Part shown: piece after piece, positions 27,343-35,462 of the stretch
Layout: the number at the start of each line of letters is the position of its first letter
How positions within the stretch are numbered: the first letter of the stretch is position 1
Source of the DNA: an uncultured Bacteroidaceae bacterium
GTDB lineage: Bacteria > Bacteroidota > Bacteroidia > Bacteroidales > GCA-2748055
Reading direction: 5' to 3'
Length of the DNA stretch: 64,000 nt
NCBI GenBank assembly: GCA_964454295.1
Contig: CAYVTV010000001.1
Location: forward strand, 1,111-65,110
Made by a program: the position numbers and the translations under genes
Notes under the pieces: model-generated
The model's database searches: none
Told to the model about the DNA's origin: nothing
Seen by the model: only the letters and a program-made list of their open reading frames with translations

Positions 27343-28430
27343 AAAGAGCACGGCAAACCAAAAGCTACAGGGATTTCAACCTTTCCCCCGAGGTGATTGA
27401 GAGAGCCGTGGAAGAACAATGCGGGGAAGGAGCATTTCGGGTTATTGAGGAATATATCGAACCCATAGATAACCAAACCCTGTTTATCTCCACCTCCACC
27501 CGGTTTAATATCGAATTCCAGCCGGATAACTTCTACCGGAATATCGTTAACCTGAAGAGGGTGAACGATATACAATATATAAACAAGTTCTTTGAGTCGG
27601 TAAACAGGAAGCTGCCGGTAAACGGACTTTTCCTGGGATGTGCCGAGACCAAGGATGCCCGCAAGCGGCGTATCCTGGCCAAGTTTCCCCCGGTACTTAA
27701 CTGGATGTTCTATATGGTGGATTTCGTTTTCAAACGTATATTTCCGAAATTTCTGCTTACCAAAAAAATATACTTCCTCTTCACCCGCGGAATGAACAGG
27801 GTGCTGTCGAAGGCCGAGGTTCTCGGGCGACTCTATTCATGCGGATTTGAGGTTGTTGATGAAAGGATGACAGGGAACCTGCTCTTCTTCATCGCGAAGA
27901 AAGATAAGGTCCCGGCGTATGATTTCGACCCTTCCTACGGCCCGTTTGTGAAACTGCGCCGTATAGGTATGGGGGGAAAGATGATCAGGGTGTACAAGTT
28001 CCGCACCATGCACCCTTTTGCCGAATACCTGCAGGATTATGTGTATAAAAAGAACCATCTCGACTGCGGGGGAAAATTCAAAAACGACTTCCGCATCACC
28101 ACCTTGGGAAGGCTCATGCGGAGGCTGTGGATAGATGAGTTTCCCATGGTCATCAATGTGTTAAAGGGGGAAATGAAAATCGTGGGAGTGCGGCCGTTGA
28201 GTCAGCATTACTATGACCTTTACAGTAAGGAATTGCAGGAGAAGCGCATCCTGTACAAGCCGGGACTCATTCCGCCGTTCTATGCCGACCTGCCCGTTAC
28301 GCTGGAAGAGATACAGGCGTCGGAGATGAGATACCTGGAAGCCTATGAGAAGAAGCCGTGGAAGACAGACTGGAATTACTTCTGGAAGGCGATGAGGAAT
28401 ATTTTGTTTAAGAAAGTGAGGAGCAGGTAG
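27120..28430 (+). CDS. Bacterial sugar transferase (polyprenyl-phosphate glycosyl-1-phosphate transferase, WbaP/WcaJ-like), catalytic part
   Basis: The C-terminal domain matches PF02397: KFRTMHP...DFRITTLGRLMRRLWIDEFPMVINVLKGEMKIVGVRPL. Confidence 0.85.
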   Translation: MDHLFPLLQQIQDKEETRLHPGVEKYPAPEFHLFGTIGIATLAELFLGNLYYLLIKSTGNGFHLINPPPSNAEIKRARQTKSYRDFNLSPEVIERAVEEQCGEGAFRVIEEYIEPIDNQTLFISTSTRFNIEFQPDNFYRNIVNLKRVNDIQYINKFFESVNRKLPVNGLFLGCAETKDARKRRILAKFPPVLNWMFYMVDFVFKRIFPKFLLTKKIYFLFTRGMNRVLSKAEVLGRLYSCGFEVVDERMTGNLLFFIAKKDKVPAYDFDPSYGPFVKLRRIGMGGKMIRVYKFRTMHPFAEYLQDYVYKKNHLDCGGKFKNDFRITTLGRLMRRLWIDEFPMVINVLKGEMKIVGVRPLSQHYYDLYSKELQEKRILYKPGLIPPFYADLPVTLEEIQASEMRYLEAYEKKPWKTDWNYFWKAMRNILFKKVRSR

Positions 28431-28467
28431 CTGATTTTTGAGGGATTGTGTCATTAAACAATGTAAA

Positions 28468-28488
28468 TTAACCACAAAGGACACAAAG
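28468..28488. repeat. Family-1 half-site, copy C (right-arm type), just upstream of the GxxExxY gene
   Basis: ttaaccacaaaggacacaaag. Confidence 0.75.
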
Positions 28489-28503
28489 TAAAATCGGTTA
28501 TCT

Positions 28504-28875
28504 ATGGATAGGGAGAAAATATTTAAGATAATACTGGATTGTGCATATAAAGTGCATTCGGCTTTGGGGCCGGGATTGTTTGAAAGTGCATATGAAGAAT
28601 GTTTGTGTTATGAACTTCAGCAAAGCGGTTTAAACTTTAAAAAGCAAGTCCCTTTACCGTTAGTTTACAGGGATATTAAACTTGAAGCAGGTTATCGGTT
28701 GGATTTAATGGTAGAAAATAAAATTGTCGTTGAAATCAAATCCATTGAATCTTTCACCGATATTCACATGGCTCAAATTTTAACCTACCTGAAGCTTTCG
28801 GGCTGCAGGTTAGGATTATTGGTAAATTTTAATGTCGCACACCTACAAAATGGCATCAAACGTATTATACTCTAA
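28504..28875 (+). CDS. GxxExxY protein (PD-(D/E)XK-like, PDDEXK_3 family)
   Basis: GPGLFESAYEECLCYEL contains the GxxExxY motif. The rest of the family pattern is also present (YRLDLMVENKIVVEIKS...HMAQILTYLKLSG...GLLVNFN). Confidence 0.85.
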   Translation: MDREKIFKIILDCAYKVHSALGPGLFESAYEECLCYELQQSGLNFKKQVPLPLVYRDIKLEAGYRLDLMVENKIVVEIKSIESFTDIHMAQILTYLKLSGCRLGLLVNFNVAHLQNGIKRIIL

Positions 28876-30523
28876 ACCTTTGTGTTCCTTTGTGCTTACC
28901 TTTCCGCGGGCGCTGAAGCTACCCTGCGGAGGCGCCGTGTCCTTTGTGGTTAACCTTCGCATACCTTTGTGGTTAACCTTCGTGTCCTTTGTGGTTAACG
29001 TCTCCACCCTCTCTGCCCAGCCCACCATCCACTCCCTCCTCGATGAACTGAATGCAGACTACAACACCTCCGTCAAACCCCTGACACGTCCACACATACT
29101 TTCCCTTCTCGAATCCATCGACACCACCACTCTCAACCCCCGCCAGAAACACGAACTCACATTCTACCTCAAAGACTACAACAAAGAAAAATATCCTCAC
29201 AAGAATTTCCCCCGCAGAAAAGATGTATTGTACCTCCGCGACAACCTCTTCTCCCTCACCATCAACCCCATCGCCGGAGGCGAAGTCTTCCTCACCGCCA
29301 ACGGCAACGCCTGGCACTGGTGGAACGGACTCTATGCCCATGCCACCGCCGGTAACTGGTCCTTCTACGCCAGCCTCACCGACAACCACGAAAGCGAAAA
29401 ACTCATGTCCCCCTCCTTCCTCACCCAACGCCAGGGAGGGGCGAACATCAAAAGGTTCAGCGACGGAAAACAGGACTACTGGGATTCACGGGGAGGGGTC
29501 ACGTACGACTGGGGCAAAGGACATATAGGACTGGTAAAAGACAACTTCACCTGGGGATCGGGGTATAACGGCTCCATCATCTTCTCCGGCCGCACCCCCT
29601 CCTTCGCACACCTCAGCCTGCAGATACGGCCTGTGAATTGGTTCGAGTTCAACTATGTACACGGCTGGCTGGCGTCGGAAGTCGTCGACAGCGCCCGGTC
29701 GTTCTACTATTCCACCCCTTCAGGCCCGGCTTACCGCAAGATGTACCACCGGAAGTTTATGGCGGCAAACATGTTTACCTTCAAACCACTGAAGGAACTG
29801 CAGATATCGGCAGGGAATGCCATCATCTACGACTACGACAATGCGCATCCGGCATACTTCATCCCTGTGCTCTTCTTTAAGGCGGTGGACCACCACCTGC
29901 AGTCGGGAATGGACAACATGAACTCCATGATGTTCATGGACATCTCGGTAAAACCCCTTCCGAATACACACCTCTATGCCACTGTATTCGTGGATGAGCT
30001 GGCGGTGAAGAGGATCTTCGATCCGGATGAATTTAACTACCTGAGCATAAAGGGAGGCCTCAGACTGAATAACCTGATCGAAAACACATGGTTCGGAGCG
30101 GAATATACATGGACCAACGTGTATCCCTTCCGCCATTATGTGCCTACCCTTAGCTATGAGTCAAACCGGTACAACCTGGGCCATTACCTCACCGACAATG
30201 CGCAGGAATTTTTTGCCACTGCCGGATACAGGCCTTTCCCTCTTACCGCGTTTGAAATAAGCTATACCCGTTGCCTGAAAGGCCCTGATCATACAGTGCT
30301 GGGATCACCACGACTAGGTATCATCCCTTTTACCCCCATAGTGTGGGAGTCGGATGCCGTGGCACTGAAAGCCAGCTGGCAGGTGATAAATGATGTGTGG
30401 GTGTATGGCGGATATACGTGGCAGCATGTGAGAGGCGAACAGGGCTACCTCGATCTGTATACCCCGGCATTCATGCAGGGGAAGAAGGGAATAGTTAACC
30501 TGGGCGTGAGAATAAGCAGATAA
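28832..30523 (+). CDS. Capsule assembly Wzi-like outer-membrane protein
   Basis: The mature part (LDELNADYNTSVKPLTRPHILSLLESI...LNPRQKHELTFYLKDY) resembles Wzi-family proteins and the rest is beta-rich. The ATG at 28832 overlaps the GxxExxY gene by 44 nt. A more plausible start is the GTG at 28937 inside repeat D. Confidence 0.6.
   Translation: MSHTYKMASNVLYSKPLCSFVLTFPRALKLPCGGAVSFVVNLRIPLWLTFVSFVVNVSTLSAQPTIHSLLDELNADYNTSVKPLTRPHILSLLESIDTTTLNPRQKHELTFYLKDYNKEKYPHKNFPRRKDVLYLRDNLFSLTINPIAGGEVFLTANGNAWHWWNGLYAHATAGNWSFYASLTDNHESEKLMSPSFLTQRQGGANIKRFSDGKQDYWDSRGGVTYDWGKGHIGLVKDNFTWGSGYNGSIIFSGRTPSFAHLSLQIRPVNWFEFNYVHGWLASEVVDSARSFYYSTPSGPAYRKMYHRKFMAANMFTFKPLKELQISAGNAIIYDYDNAHPAYFIPVLFFKAVDHHLQSGMDNMNSMMFMDISVKPLPNTHLYATVFVDELAVKRIFDPDEFNYLSIKGGLRLNNLIENTWFGAEYTWTNVYPFRHYVPTLSYESNRYNLGHYLTDNAQEFFATAGYRPFPLTAFEISYTRCLKGPDHTVLGSPRLGIIPFTPIVWESDAVALKASWQVINDVWVYGGYTWQHVRGEQGYLDLYTPAFMQGKKGIVNLGVRISR
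28877..28999. repeat. Family-1 left-arm bricks, copy D (three GTGGTTAAC cores), just downstream of the GxxExxY gene
   Basis: cctttgtgttcctttgtg ... gtgtcctttgtggttaacc ... cctttgtggttaaccttcgtgtcctttgtggttaac. Confidence 0.8.
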
Positions 30524-30528
30524 CGCCC

Positions 30529-30628
30529 CCTTCGTGTACCTTAGTGACATCCTTCGTGTCCTTTGTGGTTAAATACGTACGGAGATTAACCACGAAGGAC
30601 ACAAAGGGTTACACCAAGGTACACGAAG
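30529..30628. repeat. Family-1 hairpin repeat, copy E
   Basis: ccttcgtgtaccttagtgacatccttcgtgtcctttgtggttaa / atacgtacggag / attaaccacgaaggacacaaagg... Confidence 0.85.
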
Positions 30629-31631
30629 TATCTTTAAGAAAAATCCTTCCGGTTTCCCTTATCACCGCTTCCATCCTTTCAAACTCAATCCCCACCGCCC
30701 CCTTCACCTTCTCATTCGAAAAATACACCTGCCTTATTCCTGCGCGTGCCGTCTCCGGGGTGATAACACGTGTTCCGGTGAATAGCGACCTTACCCCATC
30801 CAGCCGTGCAGCAGTCATGGCCATGAAAGGAGTAGCTTCTATGGCAGGAGGGCGGACATTCAGGCTGGCGGCGATCATCTCAAAGACCTCCTTATAGGAG
30901 AAGTTCTCCGCGGAGATGATGAACCTTTCCCCCGAGATATCACTGTTCATGAGGCGTATCATGCAGTCCGACACATCCTTTACCGACACGAAGCCCGTCA
31001 CACCACAGGTATAATACCTGAGTCCCTTGTAAATGGTGGTGAACATGGAAGAGGAACCCTTGTCCCAGAAGCCGGGACCAAAGATGATGGAAGGGTTCAC
31101 TATCACCGCATTAAGGCCCTCTTCCATACCCCGCCATACTTCCATTTCCGATTTGAACTTGCTGATGGCATACCCTGTGTTTTTCTTGTCGGGCCGCCAG
31201 ATCATATTCTCGGTAACAGCTTCTCCCCGGGCGGCTTCACCCAGGGCTGAGGTGGAACTCACATGACACAACTTTTCAATGCCCAGGTCGAGACATGCAT
31301 TGACAATGTTGGCCGTTCCTGTCACGTTATTAACGATCATCCGGTTGCGGTCGCGCGGGTTGAACGACACAAACGCGGCGGCATGGTAAAGCCGGGAAGT
31401 TCCCTCCAGCGCATCGGCAACAGAATCGTAATCCAGGATATCAACATCCACCCATTCAATACGTTCAAAAAGAGAATCAGGATCAGAGGTGTAGCAGGAA
31501 AATACATGCCGTATGGCTTCGGTATTGCTGGTTTCCCTCTTTAACGCCCGTATATTTTCCGTTGAAGAAGAAAGAAGATCAAACAATACCCTGGATCCAA
31601 GCAGGCCTGTGGCGCCGGTGATGGTGATCAT
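30609..31631 (-). CDS. NAD-dependent epimerase/dehydratase family (SDR) protein
   Basis: MITITGATGLLGSRV glycine-rich NAD motif and a YAISK catalytic motif. The last codons lie in hairpin repeat E. Confidence 0.8.
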   Translation of the reverse strand: MITITGATGLLGSRVLFDLLSSSTENIRALKRETSNTEAIRHVFSCYTSDPDSLFERIEWVDVDILDYDSVADALEGTSRLYHAAAFVSFNPRDRNRMIVNNVTGTANIVNACLDLGIEKLCHVSSTSALGEAARGEAVTENMIWRPDKKNTGYAISKFKSEMEVWRGMEEGLNAVIVNPSIIFGPGFWDKGSSSMFTTIYKGLRYYTCGVTGFVSVKDVSDCMIRLMNSDISGERFIISAENFSYKEVFEMIAASLNVRPPAIEATPFMAMTAARLDGVRSLFTGTRVITPETARAGIRQVYFSNEKVKGAVGIEFERMEAVIRETGRIFLKDTSCTLV

Positions 31632-31664
31632 GGTTTTTCAGCAAAAATAATGAATTTAGCCGAA

Positions 31665-31764
31665 CTTCGTGTTCCTTTGTGAAATCCTTCGTGTACCTTC
31701 GTGGTTAAATACGTATTGAGATTAACCACAAAGGACACGAAGGATTTCACGAAGGACACGAAGG
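31665..31764. repeat. Family-1 hairpin repeat, copy F (arms of ~43 nt, near-perfect)
   Basis: cttcgtgttcctttgtgaaatccttcgtgtaccttcgtggttaa / atacgtattgag / attaaccacaaaggacacgaaggatttcacgaaggacacgaag. Confidence 0.9.
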
Positions 31765-31779
31765 GAAGTCTATTTTTTC

Positions 31780-31787
31780 TATCTTTG
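31780..31787 (+). promoter_or_regulatory. Bacteroidota -7 promoter motif (TAnnTTTG) upstream of gmd
   Basis: TATCTTTG lies 20 nt upstream of the gmd ATG (31807). Confidence 0.45.
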
Positions 31788-31806
31788 TTATTTAAACAAC
31801 AATCAA

Positions 31807-32910
31807 ATGTCAAAAACAGCACTCATCACCGGCATTACCGGGCAGGACGGAGCGTACCTCGCAGAATATCTGCTGGAAAAAGGGTACAAAGTTCATGGTA
31901 TCAAGCGGCGCAGCTCCATGTTCAACACGGGAAGGATTGATCATCTGTACCAGGATCCGCATGAGGAGGAGAAGAAGTTCATCCTTCATTACGGTGACCT
32001 TACCGACTCAACCAACCTGATACGTATCGTGCAGGAGGTTCAGCCGGATGAAATATATAATCTGGGAGCACAGAGTCACGTCCAGGTGTCGTTCGAAACT
32101 CCCGAATATACGGCTAATTCTGATGGTCTGGGTACCCTTCGGATGCTCGAAGCCATACGCCTGTTAGGCCTCGAAAAGAAAACAAAATTTTACCAGGCCT
32201 CCACCAGTGAGCTTTTTGGGAAGGTGCAGGAAGTGCCGCAAACCGAAACAACCCCGTTTTATCCGAGAAGCCCGTATGGTGTGGCAAAACTCTACGGCTA
32301 CTGGATAACGGTGAACTACAGGGAGGCATATAATATTTTTGCCTGCAACGGCATATTGTTCAACCACGAGTCGCCCATACGCGGCGAGACATTTGTCACC
32401 CGCAAGATCACCCGCGCCGTAGCACAGATAGTGCTGGGTATGAAAGATAAGCTGTATATGGGTAACCTCTCGGCCCGACGCGACTGGGGACATGCAAAGG
32501 ACTATGTGAAAGCCATGCATATGATCATGCAACAGGATGTAGCTGAGGATTTTGTCATCGCCACAGGCATCATGACCGAAGTGAGGGAGTTTATACGTAT
32601 GGCCTTCCTTGAAGCAGGAGTGGAAGTTGAATTCCGCGGGAAGGGCACGGACGAAAAGGGATATATTGCCGGAATACATCAGTTACCGGACAACAGCACA
32701 CTGGGTAAAGATGCGGTGGGCAGGTGCGTGGTGGAAGTCGACACCGACTACTTCCGTCCCGCCGAAGTGGACATGCTTGTGGGTAACGCGGAAAAGGCAC
32801 GACAGAAGCTGGGATGGAAACCGCAATATACCCTGCACGACCTGGTGAAGGAGATGGTAAAAGGCGACCTGCGGCTTATAGGCAGGGAGAAGATAATGCA
32901 AGGCAAATAA
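31807..32910 (+). CDS. gmd: GDP-mannose 4,6-dehydratase
   Basis: [41 protein letters not shown] and the full-length pattern are typical of Gmd. Confidence 0.95.
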   Translation: MSKTALITGITGQDGAYLAEYLLEKGYKVHGIKRRSSMFNTGRIDHLYQDPHEEEKKFILHYGDLTDSTNLIRIVQEVQPDEIYNLGAQSHVQVSFETPEYTANSDGLGTLRMLEAIRLLGLEKKTKFYQASTSELFGKVQEVPQTETTPFYPRSPYGVAKLYGYWITVNYREAYNIFACNGILFNHESPIRGETFVTRKITRAVAQIVLGMKDKLYMGNLSARRDWGHAKDYVKAMHMIMQQDVAEDFVIATGIMTEVREFIRMAFLEAGVEVEFRGKGTDEKGYIAGIHQLPDNSTLGKDAVGRCVVEVDTDYFRPAEVDMLVGNAEKARQKLGWKPQYTLHDLVKEMVKGDLRLIGREKIMQGK

Positions 32911-32914
32911 AACT

Positions 32915-33014
32915 CCTTAGTGTCCTTTGTGTCAGCCTTCGTGTCCTTCGTGGTTAACCTCATTACGTATTTAACCACAATGGACACAAAGGTATATCAC
33001 AAAGGACACGAAGG
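32915..33014. repeat. Family-1 hairpin repeat, copy G (loop in inverted orientation)
   Basis: ccttagtgtcctttgtgtcagccttcgtgtccttcgtggttaa / cctcattacgtat / ttaaccacaatggacacaaagg...cacgaagg. Confidence 0.85.
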
Positions 33015-33031
33015 AATACAATTATTACACT

Positions 33032-34147
33032 ATGATATCAAAAAATGAAAAAATCTACCTCGCCGGCCATACCGGCCTCGTTGGCTCCGCCCTCATGCGC
33101 AAGCTTACCGACAAGGGGTATGCCGGTATCGTCAGCAGCACTATTGACGAGCTCGACCTCAAAGATAATGTCAGGGTCGATGAGTTCTTCAGGAAAGAGA
33201 AGCCGGCATATGTCTTTCTTGCCGCTGCCAAAGTGGGAGGTATTGTCGCCAACAACACCTACAGGGCCGACTTTATCTATGAGAACATTCAGATACAGAA
33301 CAATGTGATCATCAACGCATGGAAGCATGGGGTGAAGAAGCTCATCTTCCTGGGCAGCTCCTGTATATACCCTAAGAATGCACCCCAGCCGCTGAAAGAG
33401 GAATACCTCCTTACCTCTGAACTGGAATATACGAACGAGCCGTATGCCATAGCCAAGATCGCCGGCATAAAGATGTGCGAAGCTTTCAACCTGCAGTATG
33501 GTACCAACTTCCTCTGCGTGATGCCTACCAACCTTTTCGGCCCCAACGATAATTTCGACCTGGAAAGATCGCATGTCATGCCCGCCATCATACGCAAGCT
33601 CCACCTGGGGAAATGCCTTATGAATAACGATGTGCCCGCACTGCGAAGAGACTTCAGCAGGTACCCGGTGGAAGGTATCGACGGCAGCGCAGAGGAAGAG
33701 GAGATAATGAAAAAACTGTCAAAATACGGGATTTCCCGCGACAATAACGGAGTGGTTGTACAATTCTGGGGAACGGGAACACCCCGCCGCGAGTTCCTTC
33801 ATTCTGACGATGTGGCCGATGCCATTGTGTTTATCTTTGAAAACCTGGATTTTAACGACCTTATAGAAGATCCTTCCATGCTGAAGGCAGAGGTGAAAAA
33901 TATACGCAATACCCATATCAATATCGGAAGGGGAGAGGATATAGCCATAAAAGACCTGGCAACCCTCATTGCAGAGATCACCGGGTTCAAAGGCAGAGTT
34001 GAATGGGATACTTCCCGTCCCGACGGAACCATGCAGAAGCTTATGGATGTTTCAAAATTAACCCGGCTGGGATGGAAACCCAAACTGAGCCTGAAAGAAG
34101 GAATAGAGAAGGTTTATGAATTCTATTCTCCTTCGTGTCCTTCGTGA
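33032..34147 (+). CDS. fcl: GDP-L-fucose synthase (GDP-4-keto-6-deoxymannose 3,5-epimerase/4-reductase)
   Basis: IYLAGHTGLVGSAL, AAAKVGGI, SSCIYPK and YAIAK motifs. It sits directly downstream of gmd. The last ~6 codons lie in hairpin repeat H. Confidence 0.9.
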   Translation: MISKNEKIYLAGHTGLVGSALMRKLTDKGYAGIVSSTIDELDLKDNVRVDEFFRKEKPAYVFLAAAKVGGIVANNTYRADFIYENIQIQNNVIINAWKHGVKKLIFLGSSCIYPKNAPQPLKEEYLLTSELEYTNEPYAIAKIAGIKMCEAFNLQYGTNFLCVMPTNLFGPNDNFDLERSHVMPAIIRKLHLGKCLMNNDVPALRRDFSRYPVEGIDGSAEEEEIMKKLSKYGISRDNNGVVVQFWGTGTPRREFLHSDDVADAIVFIFENLDFNDLIEDPSMLKAEVKNIRNTHINIGRGEDIAIKDLATLIAEITGFKGRVEWDTSRPDGTMQKLMDVSKLTRLGWKPKLSLKEGIEKVYEFYSPSCPS

Positions 34148-34244
34148 AACCCTTAGTGTCCTTTGTGGTTAAATACGTATTGAGGTTAACCACAAAGGAC
34201 ACGAAGTACAACACAAAGGTACACAAAGGTTAATACGTAACCAC
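34130..34244. repeat. Family-1 hairpin repeat, copy H
   Basis: ccttcgtgtccttcgtgaaacccttagtgtcctttgtggttaa / atacgtattgag / gttaaccacaaaggacacgaag... Confidence 0.85.
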
Positions 34245-34260
34245 TTAAACTACTTCCCCC

Positions 34261-35340
34261 ATGTCCACCTCCTCCCTCCTTCGCGACCTCATCCCCGGCC
34301 TGCTCCCCCTCCTGGCCTTCATCATCGCCGATGAGATATGGAGTACGGCAACAGCCTTGTATATAGCTATTGTATTGGGCTTTGCGGAGCTTATCATCGT
34401 CTTTATCCGCTCCGGCAGGTTCGAAAAATTCATCCTCATGGATATCGGCATACTCACTGTCCTGGCGCTGGTGTCGGTATTTATGGACAATGACGTTTTC
34501 TTTAAACTCAAACCGGTGGTAATTGAAGGGATACTGCTTGTAATGCTTGGCTTTTCCGGTTATGGGAAAAAGAATTATATCATGGAAATGTCGGGACGCT
34601 ATTTTAAAAACATAAAACTTTATCCTTCTGCAGCGGTAAAACTCACAAGAAGCCTCCGTGTGTTATTCTGGCTGATACTCGCCCACACCCTGCTCGTCCT
34701 GGCAAGCGTATTTTTTATGTCTACACGGGCATGGGGATTTATCAGCGGCGTAATGTTTTACCTGCTTATACTGGTATACTTCGCTTACGAGATGCTGAGC
34801 AAACGCTGGCAAAACCGGAAATACACGGGAAAAGAGGTAGTACCACTTGTGGATGAGAACGGAGCCGTCATTGGAAAAGCTCTGCGCACTGAACTGCATT
34901 ACAATCCGGAAAAGAAACTTCTGCACCCTGTTGTGCACCTGCACGTTTTTAACACGAAAGGGGAAATTTACCTGCAGAAACGGCCGGATAACAAGTTGAT
35001 ACAACCCGGTAAATGGGACACTGCCGTGGGGGGCCATATTTCATGGGGAGAAACACTCGAAGAAAGCCTGAGACGGGAGACAGCCGAAGAAATAGGACTG
35101 AAGGAATTTAAACCCGTGTTTGTGAGGAAGTATATCTGGGAAACAGACGCTGAAAAGGAACTGGTGTATATGTTCGTTACGGTGACAGATGTTCAGCCGG
35201 TATTTAACCCTGAAGAAGTAGCTGAAGGTAAATTCTGGTCGGTCGGAACCATCGAACATAACCTGAACAAGGGCATATTCTCTTCCAACCTGGAGAAGGA
35301 AATAGGAGTATTAAAAAAATCCGGGTTTTTAAATAAATAG
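34261..35340 (+). CDS. Membrane-domain / NUDIX hydrolase fusion protein
   Basis: The N-terminal ~185 aa contain about 5 TM helices. The C-terminal part has a Nudix box (GGHISWGETLEESLRRETAEEIGL). Confidence 0.7.
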   Translation: MSTSSLLRDLIPGLLPLLAFIIADEIWSTATALYIAIVLGFAELIIVFIRSGRFEKFILMDIGILTVLALVSVFMDNDVFFKLKPVVIEGILLVMLGFSGYGKKNYIMEMSGRYFKNIKLYPSAAVKLTRSLRVLFWLILAHTLLVLASVFFMSTRAWGFISGVMFYLLILVYFAYEMLSKRWQNRKYTGKEVVPLVDENGAVIGKALRTELHYNPEKKLLHPVVHLHVFNTKGEIYLQKRPDNKLIQPGKWDTAVGGHISWGETLEESLRRETAEEIGLKEFKPVFVRKYIWETDAEKELVYMFVTVTDVQPVFNPEEVAEGKFWSVGTIEHNLNKGIFSSNLEKEIGVLKKSGFLNK

Positions 35341-35352
35341 TAATATATCAAT

Positions 35353-35461
35353 CCTTTGTGTACCTTTGTGAATCCCTTCGTGTCCTTCGTGGTTATTCTC
35401 ATTACGTATTTAACCACGAAGGACACGAAGGGATTCACAAAGGTACACAAAGACACAAAGG
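35353..35461. repeat. Family-1 hairpin repeat, copy I (loop inverted)
   Basis: cctttgtgtacctttgtgaatcccttcgtgtccttcgtggtta / ttctcattacgtat / ttaaccacgaaggacacgaagggattcacaaaggtacacaaag. Confidence 0.85.
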
Positions 35462-35462
35462 T

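Noticed and set aside
28973-29528. Pro/Gly-rich ORFs 28973..29428 (minus) and 29223..29528 (plus)
   Set aside because: They are out-of-frame or antisense shadows within the GC-rich Wzi-like CDS. Their low-complexity composition has no family resemblance.
35358-35462. The annotated ORF start of rnr at 35358, and likewise the extended starts 21105 (DarG-like), 22331 (DUF354 pseudogene) and 38151 (amidohydrolase-like)
   Set aside because: The upstream extensions are encoded by repeat or low-information sequence (for example MYLCESLRVLRGYSHYVFNHEGHEG from repeat I). Internal Met codons give N-termini that match the family patterns.
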